Shown: positions 9,278-18,021, counted from the first letter of the stretch. The stretch is DNA of 44,571 nt from Methylococcales bacterium (GCA_036478815.1 JAZGEP010000054.1:1-44571), one strand, 5' to 3'. Numbers and translations are program-made. Notes: generated by a model not told the origin, from the sequence alone.

Positions 9278-10708
9278 TTACAATGGTTTATGTTTTTTTG
9301 AGTTTTTCAACTTAATGATTTGTTCTTCATAAGACTCAGCGAATACCTGACCAAATAATTGATAGAAATTATCGGAGGCTTCTCGTTCAATATCTTCATA
9401 TTGATGCTCAAACAAACCCCATAACTTAGCTTTTCTATGAATAGGGATACTGGCACTAATTGGGTTTTTCTTTTGTAATCGCTGTTCTAATTTTTGCGGA
9501 TCAAATCGCATTAACACCTCAAGCAACGCAGTCTGCATCCCTGCAATCACCGCAATCTGATGAGCGCGGATATCATCAAACGCTTCTTCTATTGCTTCAT
9601 CGGCCTTTAAATAACCAGCATCTTGTGGAGCCAACAATTTTCTAATCGCTTCTTTTGCACTAACAGAAAATTTAACTGGATTATTTTGCCCCGATCTAAT
9701 CATTGTGACATCCATGTGCATTTCATTTTTAATTTTAGCTCTACCGATTAACACATCCATGGTGCCCTGAATTGAAGTTCTTAAGATTTTGCCAATAATA
9801 TAGAAAGTCTCTGGGGTCAGCGCTTCATTCATTCCTTCATTTTCAAGGCCCGCGCCACGTAGAAAATTTTCCACGATTAAAGCTTGAACATCCGATACAT
9901 TAGCTGGTTTTTTCGCTTCTAATGGCGCGTCAGGTTTTAAAAAAGACGGTTTGTACTTTAGTGGATCAGCTGGCGCTATTTGCCCTGAAACAATTTTCTC
10001 AGGAGATTTATCTTTTGAAGAAGTAGTATTCTTTGCGGGACTTTCAAACCAGTCATCAGGAATGTTGCCAGCCACAGTTGGGGATTTTAGTTTATTATTG
10101 ACAGGCTTAAATGGTTGAAATGCTCCATTAACAGCATGCGGTTGTTCAAGTACTGGTCTGATATCCTTATCTTTTTCTTTTAAATCTGGATCAACAAAAT
10201 CAAAATCCTCAGTATTTGTAAAACCGGGGGGAAGCCTCTTTTCCGCCCAGTCAGTAGACATTAACGGATTTTCGTCAATCATTTCTTGCACAGAATCTTT
10301 CTTCAGTTCTGCAAATGGATCATCAGAAAAATCCAATGCCTGATACGATAAGGCTCCACTGGATGTTTGTCCAGATTGTTGCTCATCAATAATACTCACT
10401 GAAATTGTGTAATTACCAATATGCAAATGATCTCCATCGTTTAACTGTGTACTGCTCCCACTACCAACAGGCTGTGTTAAATTATTGATCAATAGGCCGT
10501 TTGCGCTGGTGTCTGTTATGAAATAACCCGATGATCGGTAATCAATAACTGCATGACGCCCAGAAACATACCTTTTTGGATCTTCTAAAACAAGCGTATT
10601 ATCTTCATTCCTTCCAATAGTAGCAGATACTTGATTTATAGTAATACTGTCTATCTCATTTCCTGAACCAGAGTTGACACTTAACGTTAGCTTCATATTA
10701 CCACTCAA
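9278..10708 (-). CDS. tagH: FHA-domain T6SS regulator TagH/Fha
   Basis: N-terminal FHA domain (ATIGRNEDNTLVLEDP..VSGRHAVI..NGLLIN) and a TagH-type C-terminal domain. First gene of the module. The true start may be the second ATG (MKLTLSV, 10696). Confidence 0.9.
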   Translation of the reverse strand: MSGNMKLTLSVNSGSGNEIDSITINQVSATIGRNEDNTLVLEDPKRYVSGRHAVIDYRSSGYFITDTSANGLLINNLTQPVGSGSSTQLNDGDHLHIGNYTISVSIIDEQQSGQTSSGALSYQALDFSDDPFAELKKDSVQEMIDENPLMSTDWAEKRLPPGFTNTEDFDFVDPDLKEKDKDIRPVLEQPHAVNGAFQPFKPVNNKLKSPTVAGNIPDDWFESPAKNTTSSKDKSPEKIVSGQIAPADPLKYKPSFLKPDAPLEAKKPANVSDVQALIVENFLRGAGLENEGMNEALTPETFYIIGKILRTSIQGTMDVLIGRAKIKNEMHMDVTMIRSGQNNPVKFSVSAKEAIRKLLAPQDAGYLKADEAIEEAFDDIRAHQIAVIAGMQTALLEVLMRFDPQKLEQRLQKKNPISASIPIHRKAKLWGLFEHQYEDIEREASDNFYQLFGQVFAESYEEQIIKLKNSKKHKPL

Positions 10709-10976
10709 CCTATGATTTTATAGTGATTATTAGTCGCTGAAACTTATGATGCTGTTGTATTTTACAATACACGTTTTGATTGTGTATATTCCCATAAGTC
10801 ACTTCATTGTAAGACATAGAGATATAATTTTATTTTCAGATTATTGTCCTGGATAAATTTAATATTAAAAAACCATAACACTAATAGTTATGTTACTCTC
10901 GCAGTTACCAGACTTATCTTCATTCGATCTATCACTCGTATTCTCCGCCACTTCATAGATGCTATTTAAACAATTT

Positions 10977-11119
10977 AGTAACAACTCAGCGTAGTTTGTA
11001 ACTGCTCAGATCGCCCTCAGTTTTATTCAAGAGCAAGGCGAAAGCGCGGAGTTTACAATGTGTAAATGAGCACTTTCCAGATATTGATGGGACAAAATAG
11101 AGGGTAAGCTGAGCAGTTA
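10977..11119 (+). mobile_element. MITE class D, copy D1
   Basis: Arms TAACTGCTCAGATCGCCCTCAGTTTT / AAAATAGAGGGTAAGCTGAGCAGTTA. Centre GGCGAAAGCGCGGAGTTTACA...AATGAGCACTTTCCAGA. Related copies at 22851-23003 and 44121-44265. Confidence 0.8.
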
Positions 11120-11601
11120 AATAATTTAATTCACTTAATCCCTTGTGTAGTTCCAGTATGACAATCAAGCTGAATTGTACGCAGATTTTCGCAAAGGAAG
11201 CTATCATATCCAAAGAAAGTTGGCCATATGTGGGTGAATCCAATTCTCAAATAATAAAAATAGACAATAATAAAGTCTGACTACGTTTTTAGTAACAACA
11301 TTTTAAGGAAGCGCAACCTGTAAATGCAGGGGACTTGTCTCTGCGTTTAGAGTAGTGGGTTTCTGCTTCATTTGAATAAAACATCAATCACCTGCGAATT
11401 GCTAATGAATTCAAAATCTGTGCTACAAAAATCATGAACTGTTGACACTAGGCATTTTAATATTAATGACTTAACCTTATGTATGTCAATCATATTGGTA
11501 ATATTACCAATATGAGTTTGATAGAATAGCTTGTAGTGAGCCGACCCTGTGATTTAACACGAGGATGTTGTGTTAATATCATGATTTTCAGGCGATGAAT
11601 C

Positions 11602-11869
11602 ATGGCGCATTATCAAGAAATCACTTGTACGACCTGTAGCAGTCACCACATCCTGAAATCAGAACGGAGTACACGGGGGAGACCAACAGCTAATGCTGTC
11701 AACAGCAAGCTTGTATCACCAAACCTTCATGCTGGAATAGTGTTATAAAGTGTATAAATCGAGTATTAAAGAGAAAATTGTCGATATGACAATCAATAGC
11801 AGTCGAATTCGAGAGACTGCACACGTTCTTAACATTAATAAAACACGTGATCAGTACTTTACAAACTAG
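11602..11869 (+). pseudogene. Decayed IS1-family insA-like transposase N-terminal remnant
   Basis: Reads MAHYQEITCTTCSSHHILKS... (CxxC zinc-finger start). After a frameshift and stops it continues ...YKVYKSSIKEKIVDMTINSSRIRETAHVLNINKT (InsA-like HTH). It is cut off where C2 begins (11879). No transposase catalytic part follows. Confidence 0.45.
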
Positions 11870-11878
11870 ATAGACTGT

Positions 11879-12045
11879 CTAGGAGGCTGTCTGAGAATAG
11901 AAGACGTAGCGAGGGAAAGCGGTTTTGAGTCCATTTTTTTGATTAAATGAGGCGAATACTTGCTGTATTTAACGAATTTAATTGAGAAAATGGGCCAAAA
12001 TTCGCTTTTCCACAGTAGGCTTTCTATTCTCGGACAACCTTCTAG
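11879..12045 (+). mobile_element. MITE class C, copy C2
   Basis: CTAGGAGGCTGTCTGAGAATAGAAG...CTATTCTCGGACAACCTTCTAG. Alignable over its full length to C1. Confidence 0.9.
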
Positions 12046-12185
12046 ATAACGACATCTGGATTGTCACTGAGTAAAATTTTACAGAAAAAAGCTAGAGTTG
12101 AAAATTGATGTGAGGGGTTAATAAAACAAATTTACGCCATATTTACGCAAAATACTTATTATGCTATTGTTTTTGTTAATAATAA

Positions 12186-12269
12186 TGCCGAGGAGAGGAC
12201 TTGAACCTCCACGGGGTTGCCCCCACTAGCACCTGAAGCTAGCGTGTCTACCAATTTCACCACCTCGGC
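12186..12269 (-). tRNA. tRNA-Leu (anticodon CAG), class II long variable arm, CCA not encoded
   Basis: Reverse complement: GCCGAGGTGGTGAAATTGGTAGACACGCTAGCTTCAGGTGCTAGTGGGGGCAACCCCGTGGAGGTTCAAGTCCTCTCCTCGGCA. Very similar to E. coli tRNA-Leu(CAG). Anticodon loop TTCAGGT. TTATT follows the discriminator base. Confidence 0.95.
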
Positions 12270-12440
12270 ATACAGGCGACCAGCGAGTCTATCTTGATAT
12301 AAATATTCTGTCAATCTTTAGTATTATCTATTTGCAAGCACAAGCAACGATTAGCGACTCGAATTTAGTCATCGAAACTTGTGTAGACCCTTTGTCTGTC
12401 AAATAGTTGATCCGGGAATAGAAGTTAACGAGTGTAACAA

Positions 12441-12530
12441 CGCAGATGACCATTTATCGGCTTTTTATATCCGTCAATATCACATTGAAAGACTACTTAG
12501 TTCGGGAGGATAGGGTAGGGCATAGCAAGC
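12441..12530 (+). repeat. Repeat G, copy 1 (unclassified, about 90 bp)
   Basis: ...TATATCCGTCAATATCACATTGAAAGACTACTTAG...TAGGGTAGGGCAT aligns with 40901-40990 (24-nt identical block CAATATCACATTGAAAGACTACT). A short trace lies at 14098-14114. Confidence 0.55.
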
Positions 12531-12738
12531 AGATTAATAGCGAACGATGTATTTGCTTTCTGAATACGAGGATCATATCCTTAACTTAATGGCAAGCGGC
12601 TAATCGCTGACAATACAATTGTTGCAGCAAAGCAATTTATTAGCAAAAGTCAACCCATAGAAAACTCCTTTCGTAACTGCTCGAAGTATCATGTAGATTC
12701 TTATTTCACTTTATTCCATCGTTTTCTGATCAATCCTG

Positions 12739-12764
12739 TGTTCAAGTTATTTCATGCACGTTCC
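12739..12764. repeat. Solo class-F terminus
   Basis: TGTTCAAGTTATTTCATGCACGTTCC equals the right terminus of F1 (13999-14024). No partner arm is nearby. Confidence 0.6.
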
Positions 12765-12989
12765 TGCGTATACAGCGGTGCTGAGTGCTGTACAATGTGC
12801 GGCTCGGCAGAGTAAGTGTAGATTCCAGACAATCTTTCTCGAAATTATTCAAGATCGCTTCGAATTTTCATCAACCACTACTTAAACACGAAATCAGAAT
12901 TTACACGGGTTTTCAAATGCTATAGCCAAATAGCATACCTAAACTTATCCTGATCTATCTCAATACTGAATATAATTAAAATACAAACT

Positions 12990-13865
12990 ATGCAGAATAA
13001 TTTCCGAAAGCCCCTATTCGTCAATCTTCAATATTGTCTGCCTCATCATTTGATTTCAAGAATTGTTGGCTACGTTGCCCAATGCGAAAACCAGATGATT
13101 AAAAAACAATTTATTCATCGTTTTGCCAAACATTACCAAGTCAATATGGATGAAGCAGAACAATCGAACTTGGATGAATACCCAAACTTTAATGCTTTTT
13201 TCACGCGTGCGTTAATGACTAGTGCTCGTCCAATTGACTCTCATACTGATAGTGTTATTTCTCCAGCAGACGGCGTGATTAGTCAGATAGGCAAGATTTC
13301 ATCTGGTGAAATCATACAAGCCAAAGGCATGCACTATTCAGCGTTGTCATTATTAGGCGGCGATGCTGTAGACACAGAGCCATTCTTGAATGGTGATTTT
13401 GCAACCATTTATCTCGCTCCAAAAGACTATCATCGACTGCACATGCCAATCAGTGGTACGTTGACTAAAATGATCCATATTCCAGGACGATTATTCAGTG
13501 TTAACCCCACCACCGCTGACTTCGTACCCAATCTGTTCGCACGTAACGAACGCATTATTGCAATCTTTAATACAGCGATTGGACCGATGGCGCTAGTATT
13601 GGTAGGTGCAATGATTGTCGCCAGTATAGAAACTATCTGGCATGGAATCGTCACTCCACCGAAGATCTCAACAATTAAGCATTGGAACTACACAGACAAA
13701 AACATCAGGTTGGAGAAAGGTGCTGAAATGGGTCGTTTTAGACTTGGTTCAACAATTATTATGCTATTCCCGAAAAACACTGTGCTATGGGATAGTTCCA
13801 TGAGACCAAATCAATCAATTCGTATGGGATCTTCGACTGCAAAATTGATCACAGCAGATGTTTAA
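12990..13865 (+). CDS. psd: Phosphatidylserine decarboxylase proenzyme
   Basis: 291 aa. Conserved FARNER, YHRxHMP and the self-cleavage site RLGSTII. The TAA stop (13863-13865) is the left flanking triplet of MITE F1. Confidence 0.95.
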   Translation: MQNNFRKPLFVNLQYCLPHHLISRIVGYVAQCENQMIKKQFIHRFAKHYQVNMDEAEQSNLDEYPNFNAFFTRALMTSARPIDSHTDSVISPADGVISQIGKISSGEIIQAKGMHYSALSLLGGDAVDTEPFLNGDFATIYLAPKDYHRLHMPISGTLTKMIHIPGRLFSVNPTTADFVPNLFARNERIIAIFNTAIGPMALVLVGAMIVASIETIWHGIVTPPKISTIKHWNYTDKNIRLEKGAEMGRFRLGSTIIMLFPKNTVLWDSSMRPNQSIRMGSSTAKLITADV

Positions 13866-14024
13866 GGAATGTGCATGAAATATCTTGAACATTCTGGCTG
13901 GTCTTTTTGCTTCTGAAGAAACGATCTCAATCGTTGCGTATAACAACTATGAGCCTCTTGAGATTGTTTCGTCAGAAATAAAAATCCTGCGCCATCATTG
14001 TTCAAGTTATTTCATGCACGTTTC
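13866..14024 (-). mobile_element. MITE class F, copy F1 (159 bp)
   Basis: Termini GGAATGTGCATGAAATATCTTGAACA / TGTTCAAGTTATTTCATGCACGTTTC, flanked by TAA (13863-13865) and TAA (14025-14027). The interior resembles class B (CTCAATCGTTGCGTATAACAACTATGAGCC). Confidence 0.85.
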
Positions 14025-14028
14025 TAAG

Positions 14029-14090
14029 GCGGTCTGACGAAGCAAGGTTAGTAACTTTATTCCATCAAAACACCTAATCTGTTGTGTGAA
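14029..14090. repeat. Class-B right-arm fragment
   Basis: GACGAAGCAAGGTTAGTAACTTTATTCCATCAAAACACCTAA resembles the B2 right arm CAAGGTTGGTAACTTTGTTTCGTCAAACCACCTAA. Confidence 0.5.
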
Positions 14091-14171
14091 TAATTCATTT
14101 CACATTGAAAGATGTTCAAATACTCTAACGAAACCTGTTGATATAGTTCTGCGCACTCAGCATCACCCAAT

Positions 14172-14339
14172 CCAGGAGGCTGTCCGAGAATAGAAGCCGT
14201 AGCGAGGGAAAGCGGTTTTGAGTCAATTTTTCGATTAAATGAGGCGAATACTTGTTGTATTGAACGAATTTAATCGGAAAAAGGGGCCAAAACCTGCTTT
14301 TCCGCAGCAGGCGCTTTCTATTATTGGACAGCCTCCTAG
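14172..14339 (+). mobile_element. MITE class C, copy C3
   Basis: CCAGGAGGCTGTCCGAGAATAGAAGCCGTAGCGAGGGAAAGCGG...GGACAGCCTCCTAG. Full-length match to C1. Confidence 0.9.
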
Positions 14340-14519
14340 CACTCTTGACGACATCGTCTAAAGTTGACCCTTTGAAGTGGGTGTAACTTTCTCTAGCTCG
14401 TACTTCACATCAGCCTGATTACAATTGCGGGCTAGTATTTCATGCACCGTCTCAGATAATTCAATCGTATAAGCTGGTGAATTCATTTTTCAATAACAGA
14501 CATACACGGTATAACGTCG

Positions 14520-14666
14520 ATAGCTGACTTGTCTTTTATCCATTTTCTGTTTTCAAAAACAATTACATAGCTTGCTATGAGCTTTACGTTGAATCTTAAC
14601 GACGAACAGTGATTTTGACAAAAAAAATGTTTGTGCAATATGGGTGGTTTACTGGTTGCTAGCTGC
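14520..14666 (-). repeat. MITE class E, copy E2 (left terminus missing)
   Basis: GACTTGTCTTTT...ATTACATAGCTTGCTATGAGC...TGTGCAATATGGGTGGTTTACTGGTTGCTAGCTGCC followed by TAA. It matches E1, but the left terminus is absent. Confidence 0.6.
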
Positions 14667-15170
14667 CTAACCAGCACTAATATTTAAAATAGTTAAGGTA
14701 TTAGACACATAAATATATTGCAGCGTTGAGAATGTCATCATCAGGATAATAATTTTTTAAAGTTACATATTAATCCAGCAAGCGCACTATATACTATAGT
14801 GCATAAGATTCTTATCTATATACTAATTCATTCATTCTCAGAAAACAGAATAAGAATTTATTCAAATTCATATTTATTCTACGAATCAATATCTTGAACT
14901 CTAGATGTGCGATCACTTGCAGAATCCAGGTGACAATCAAATTTTGAATCATCAATTGCAATTATAAGTTGACCTCATGAACTTTCATCTTTGGTTCAGG
15001 TCGTAGTACGGACGTTTCGGAAAACTCATGGAGGGATAATTGCTTGACACACGTAGCAGCAGACAATCACTTAACCAAAAGCTCATTTTCAAGTAAGTGC
15101 TTGGTGCTTTTCAATCTACAAAATTGAACAATAAAATAATTCTCAGTCCAAAAAAAGGCAGCATAAAAAT

Positions 15171-17111
15171 ATGTCATTAATTGAAATATATAGTAATCGT
15201 TTTATTCTTATTTTTTTCTCACTAATATCTAGTAGTTGTATTTACGCCCAAAATTCTAATCTGTTACCAATTCGCAGCGCTAATAACATGATAGAAATTG
15301 GATTTGAACAACCTGATTTACTCAGCAATGGATTAAATTTCTACGGTAACCCTCCACAACTGGTCAGTAATCAGGCTCCTGTCTTTGAGGGCAATCAATC
15401 ACTCAGTGTGTTTATCGACAGAGACAATAGCCCTGTAAACTACGCATCTGGATTTCTTCTACAAAAAAGCCGATATGGCAAACAGTTTACTGAATTCGAA
15501 TATGGCAAAGATTACTGGATTGGCTTTGCTATTTATCTCGATGATAATTATCAATTACCGCTATACAGCGATCATCTAATTCAATTGCAAAGCAGGCCAG
15601 ATCATCATCTTGGTGAAAGCAATAGAACTGCAAACTTTACATTCTCAGTCAGTGGTGTCAATGAAAATCGCAAGCGTAGAATCAACGAGCCACATTGGGT
15701 AATATCTATTAATGGTGATGATCGACGTGTTCTGCGAAATATTGGCAGCTTGCAGACATCAACATCAGCTGCTCTTACCCCTGTAACAGGTGATATTGGT
15801 CGCTGGGTAAGTTGGGTGGTTCACTTCAAACACACCTATAGTGCCGATGGTTTTATGGACATATGGAAAGATGGCGTCCAGGTCTATAGCAAGAATGGGA
15901 TCCGCACATCATTTAACGACGATCGCGGACCCTATATAAAAATGGGCAGCAACAAATGGAGCTGGCAATCTAAACATAATTATCCAACCATCCAACCGGC
16001 AAGACGCCAGAGTTATTTAGATGCATTGCGAATTGCTCAAGGTGCGAATCGTTATAACGATGTCGCTCCTGTAAGGACAGCTGATATTGTTGATAATTCA
16101 GTTCAAAGGACACCCTCTAATCAAAACTTTGATGCCACTCAATCGGTTGCGGAAGTCATCATAGAAGAAGAACCAGTTACGGAAGCTGTAGTAGCCGAAG
16201 AAATAGTAGTGGAAGAACCAGTTACGGAAGCTGTAGTAGCCGAAGAAATTGTTGCTAAAGAAATAGTAGTGGAAGAACCACCCACACCAGCTGTATCAGT
16301 AAAGCCTAGCCGATCAAATAGAAATACCAAAGATTTGATAGAAATTGGGTTTGAACAACAGAGCATTTTTAGCGATGGACTCGTTGCTTCAGGCAATACA
16401 GCAACAATAGTCAGTGGACGAGCGCCTGTTTTTGAGGGAAAGAAATCTCTGAGTGTTTTTATCGATAAAAACAAAAGCCGTATTCCCTTTAGAACAGAAA
16501 TTGTCATTAATAGAACAAAACATGGTAAGCAATTCTCTGAATTTGAAATTGGTAAGGAATACTGGTTTGGTTTTGCTGTTTATCTTCCTAATGATTATCA
16601 AAACCCTAAATACGATGATATTTTGTTTCAAATAAACTCCAGACCTGATGCAGGCGATGGATCGAGAAATCCAAGTATTACACTAAACGTAGGCGGTGAT
16701 TTAAAAAATCGCAAGCGTGGAGTCAATGAATCGAACTGGGTCATATCAGTTGCAGGTGATGATAGAAGAATCTTGCGTGACTCAAATTATCAATCACATG
16801 CTTCGGCTGTCCTCGGGCCGGTGAATAGAGATAAAGGTCGGTGGGTAAAGTGGGTCGTTCATTTCAAAAACACCTATAAGAGCAATGGCTTTTTAGAAGT
16901 CTGGAAAGACGGAGTACAGGTGTATAACAAAAGAGGGATACGGACAACTTTTAATGATGCTCGTGGGAGTTATGTAAAAATGGGTAGTTATAAATGGAGC
17001 TGGAAATCTAAACATAACTATGCAACGATTAACCCAGCAAGACGTCAGAGTTACTTGGACGCAGTGCGCATTGGAATAGGGCCGAATCGATATAATGATG
17101 TAGCGCCATAA
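15171..17111 (+). CDS. Secreted protein with two tandem concanavalin-like / polysaccharide-lyase-like (PF14099-like) domains and an acidic repeat linker
   Basis: N-terminal signal peptide (FILIFFSLISSSCIYA). Residues about 37-300 and about 385-646 are paralogous: both have IEIGFEQ...APVFEG..SLSVFID...YW.GFA.YL...GRWV.WVVHFK.TY...G...WKDGVQVY...Y.KMGS.KWSW.SKHNY and both end RYNDVAP. The family assignment is pattern recognition only. Confidence 0.55.
   Translation: MSLIEIYSNRFILIFFSLISSSCIYAQNSNLLPIRSANNMIEIGFEQPDLLSNGLNFYGNPPQLVSNQAPVFEGNQSLSVFIDRDNSPVNYASGFLLQKSRYGKQFTEFEYGKDYWIGFAIYLDDNYQLPLYSDHLIQLQSRPDHHLGESNRTANFTFSVSGVNENRKRRINEPHWVISINGDDRRVLRNIGSLQTSTSAALTPVTGDIGRWVSWVVHFKHTYSADGFMDIWKDGVQVYSKNGIRTSFNDDRGPYIKMGSNKWSWQSKHNYPTIQPARRQSYLDALRIAQGANRYNDVAPVRTADIVDNSVQRTPSNQNFDATQSVAEVIIEEEPVTEAVVAEEIVVEEPVTEAVVAEEIVAKEIVVEEPPTPAVSVKPSRSNRNTKDLIEIGFEQQSIFSDGLVASGNTATIVSGRAPVFEGKKSLSVFIDKNKSRIPFRTEIVINRTKHGKQFSEFEIGKEYWFGFAVYLPNDYQNPKYDDILFQINSRPDAGDGSRNPSITLNVGGDLKNRKRGVNESNWVISVAGDDRRILRDSNYQSHASAVLGPVNRDKGRWVKWVVHFKNTYKSNGFLEVWKDGVQVYNKRGIRTTFNDARGSYVKMGSYKWSWKSKHNYATINPARRQSYLDAVRIGIGPNRYNDVAP
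16167..16280 (+). repeat. In-frame tandem repeat (45-bp unit) encoding the EEPVTEAVVAEEIVV linker
   Basis: GAAGAACCAGTTACGGAAGCTGTAGTAGCCGAAGAAAT occurs at 16167 and again at 16212 (38 nt identical). A third partial unit starts at 16272 after a 15-bp insertion. Confidence 0.9.
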
Positions 17112-17141
17112 GGTTAAGAAAAAAGCGGTTAATTCTGCTTA

Positions 17142-17300
17142 GGCAACTGGAAAAAAATAACCCACCCATCTTACTTGCCTTTTTGTCCGTCTTCGATCTT
17201 GTTGCTTCGTTTACATAGCTTGCTATGTGCTCTACGCAACAAGATCGAAGACAAACAAAAATTCTTTGCAATATGGGTGGTTTATTTATTTCCAGTTGCC
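17142..17300 (-). mobile_element. MITE class E, copy E1 (159 bp)
   Basis: Termini GGCAACTGGAAAAAAATAACCCACCC / GGGTGGTTTATTTATTTCCAGTTGCC, with TTA on the left (17139-17141) and TTT on the right. Core TTTACATAGCTTGCTATGTGCTC. Confidence 0.8.
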
Positions 17301-17308
17301 TTTGTAAG

Positions 17309-17340
17309 TTAAGGAATGTGCATAGAATCACTTGATCAAT
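17309..17340. repeat. Solo class-F terminus
   Basis: TTAAGGAATGTGCATAGAATCACTTGATCAA resembles the F1 and F2 left termini. No partner arm. Confidence 0.55.
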
Positions 17341-17399
17341 TGGCGTAGGCTCCGTGTATTTAAATCGGTTGCCCATCGTCAAGGTGCAAAAACAGACGT

Positions 17400-17566
17400 C
17401 TAGGAGGCTGTCCGAGAATAGAAGCTGTAGCGAGGGAAAGTTGATTTGAGTCACGTTTTTCCATTATTTGAGGCGAATAGTTGTGCTATTTAACGAAAAT
17501 AAAGGGAAAATGTGGCCAAATTCAGCTTTTCCGCACTAGGTTCTCTATTCTCGGACAGCCTTCTAG
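17400..17566 (+). mobile_element. MITE class C, copy C4
   Basis: CTAGGAGGCTGTCCGAGAATAGAAGCTGTAGCGAGGGAAAG...CTATTCTCGGACAGCCTTCTAG. Confidence 0.9.
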
Positions 17567-17668
17567 TGAACGATACAGCTGTTTTTGCAACACCTAAGCT
17601 GAGCAAGAAAGGTGGGGGCGAATGTTCATGTGATTTATCTGGTTCCTAAACCTCTATATCCCCATATG

Positions 17669-17713
17669 ACAGCAGCTATTGAAGATACATTGCAATAGCT
17701 GCTGTTTTATTTG
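17669..17713 (+). terminator. Rho-independent terminator-like hairpin
   Basis: ACAGCAGCTAT(TGAA-GATACA-TTGCA)ATAGCTGCTGT followed by TTTATTTG. Possibly the original terminator of the 15171-17111 gene, now displaced by E1 and C4. Confidence 0.5.
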
Positions 17714-18021
17714 CATACTGATGCAAATCCTACATTCCCCATTTCCTCCATATTCCGTAGATAATGCTTCATACATCGATCATAGCAGTACAGAATAATG
17801 TTTATTCAAGGTAAACAGCATTGCATACGGCACTGTAGGTGCTATAAACGTTAATTTGTTGCTATCTCAGATCAAGATGATATGAATTCAGCTTGCGAAC
17901 TGGATTCTGGTATTGTCGCTTACTCGGCGAATAAAATTGTTTTTTGGCTCAAAGTTGCGCCTCCCTCGTGTGTTTCTTGGGAAATGCGGTTAAAAGATCA
18001 AGCGTTGGCAACCACTGTTTT

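Noticed and set aside
10986-11243. 85-aa ORF upstream of tagH
   Set aside because: Most of it overlaps MITE D1. No recognisable domain and no RBS.
1-12269. att-site duplication of the tRNA-Leu 3' end that would delimit a T6SS island
   Set aside because: I found no second copy of the tRNA 3' segment (TGCCGAGGAGAGGACTTGAACC or its complement) in the window. The island hypothesis therefore stays as inference within a finding, not a called feature.
14483-14677. 64-aa ORF on the minus strand
   Set aside because: It overlaps the truncated class-E element E2.
17029-17454. 141-aa ORF on the minus strand
   Set aside because: It spans the 3' end of the lyase-like gene in antisense, plus E1, a solo F terminus and part of C4. 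It is made of repeat sequence.
17570-18021. Remnant of an oppF gene downstream of oppD
   Set aside because: Manual three-frame reading of the minus strand showed frequent stops and no Walker or ABC-signature-like peptides. This cannot be excluded without tblastn.
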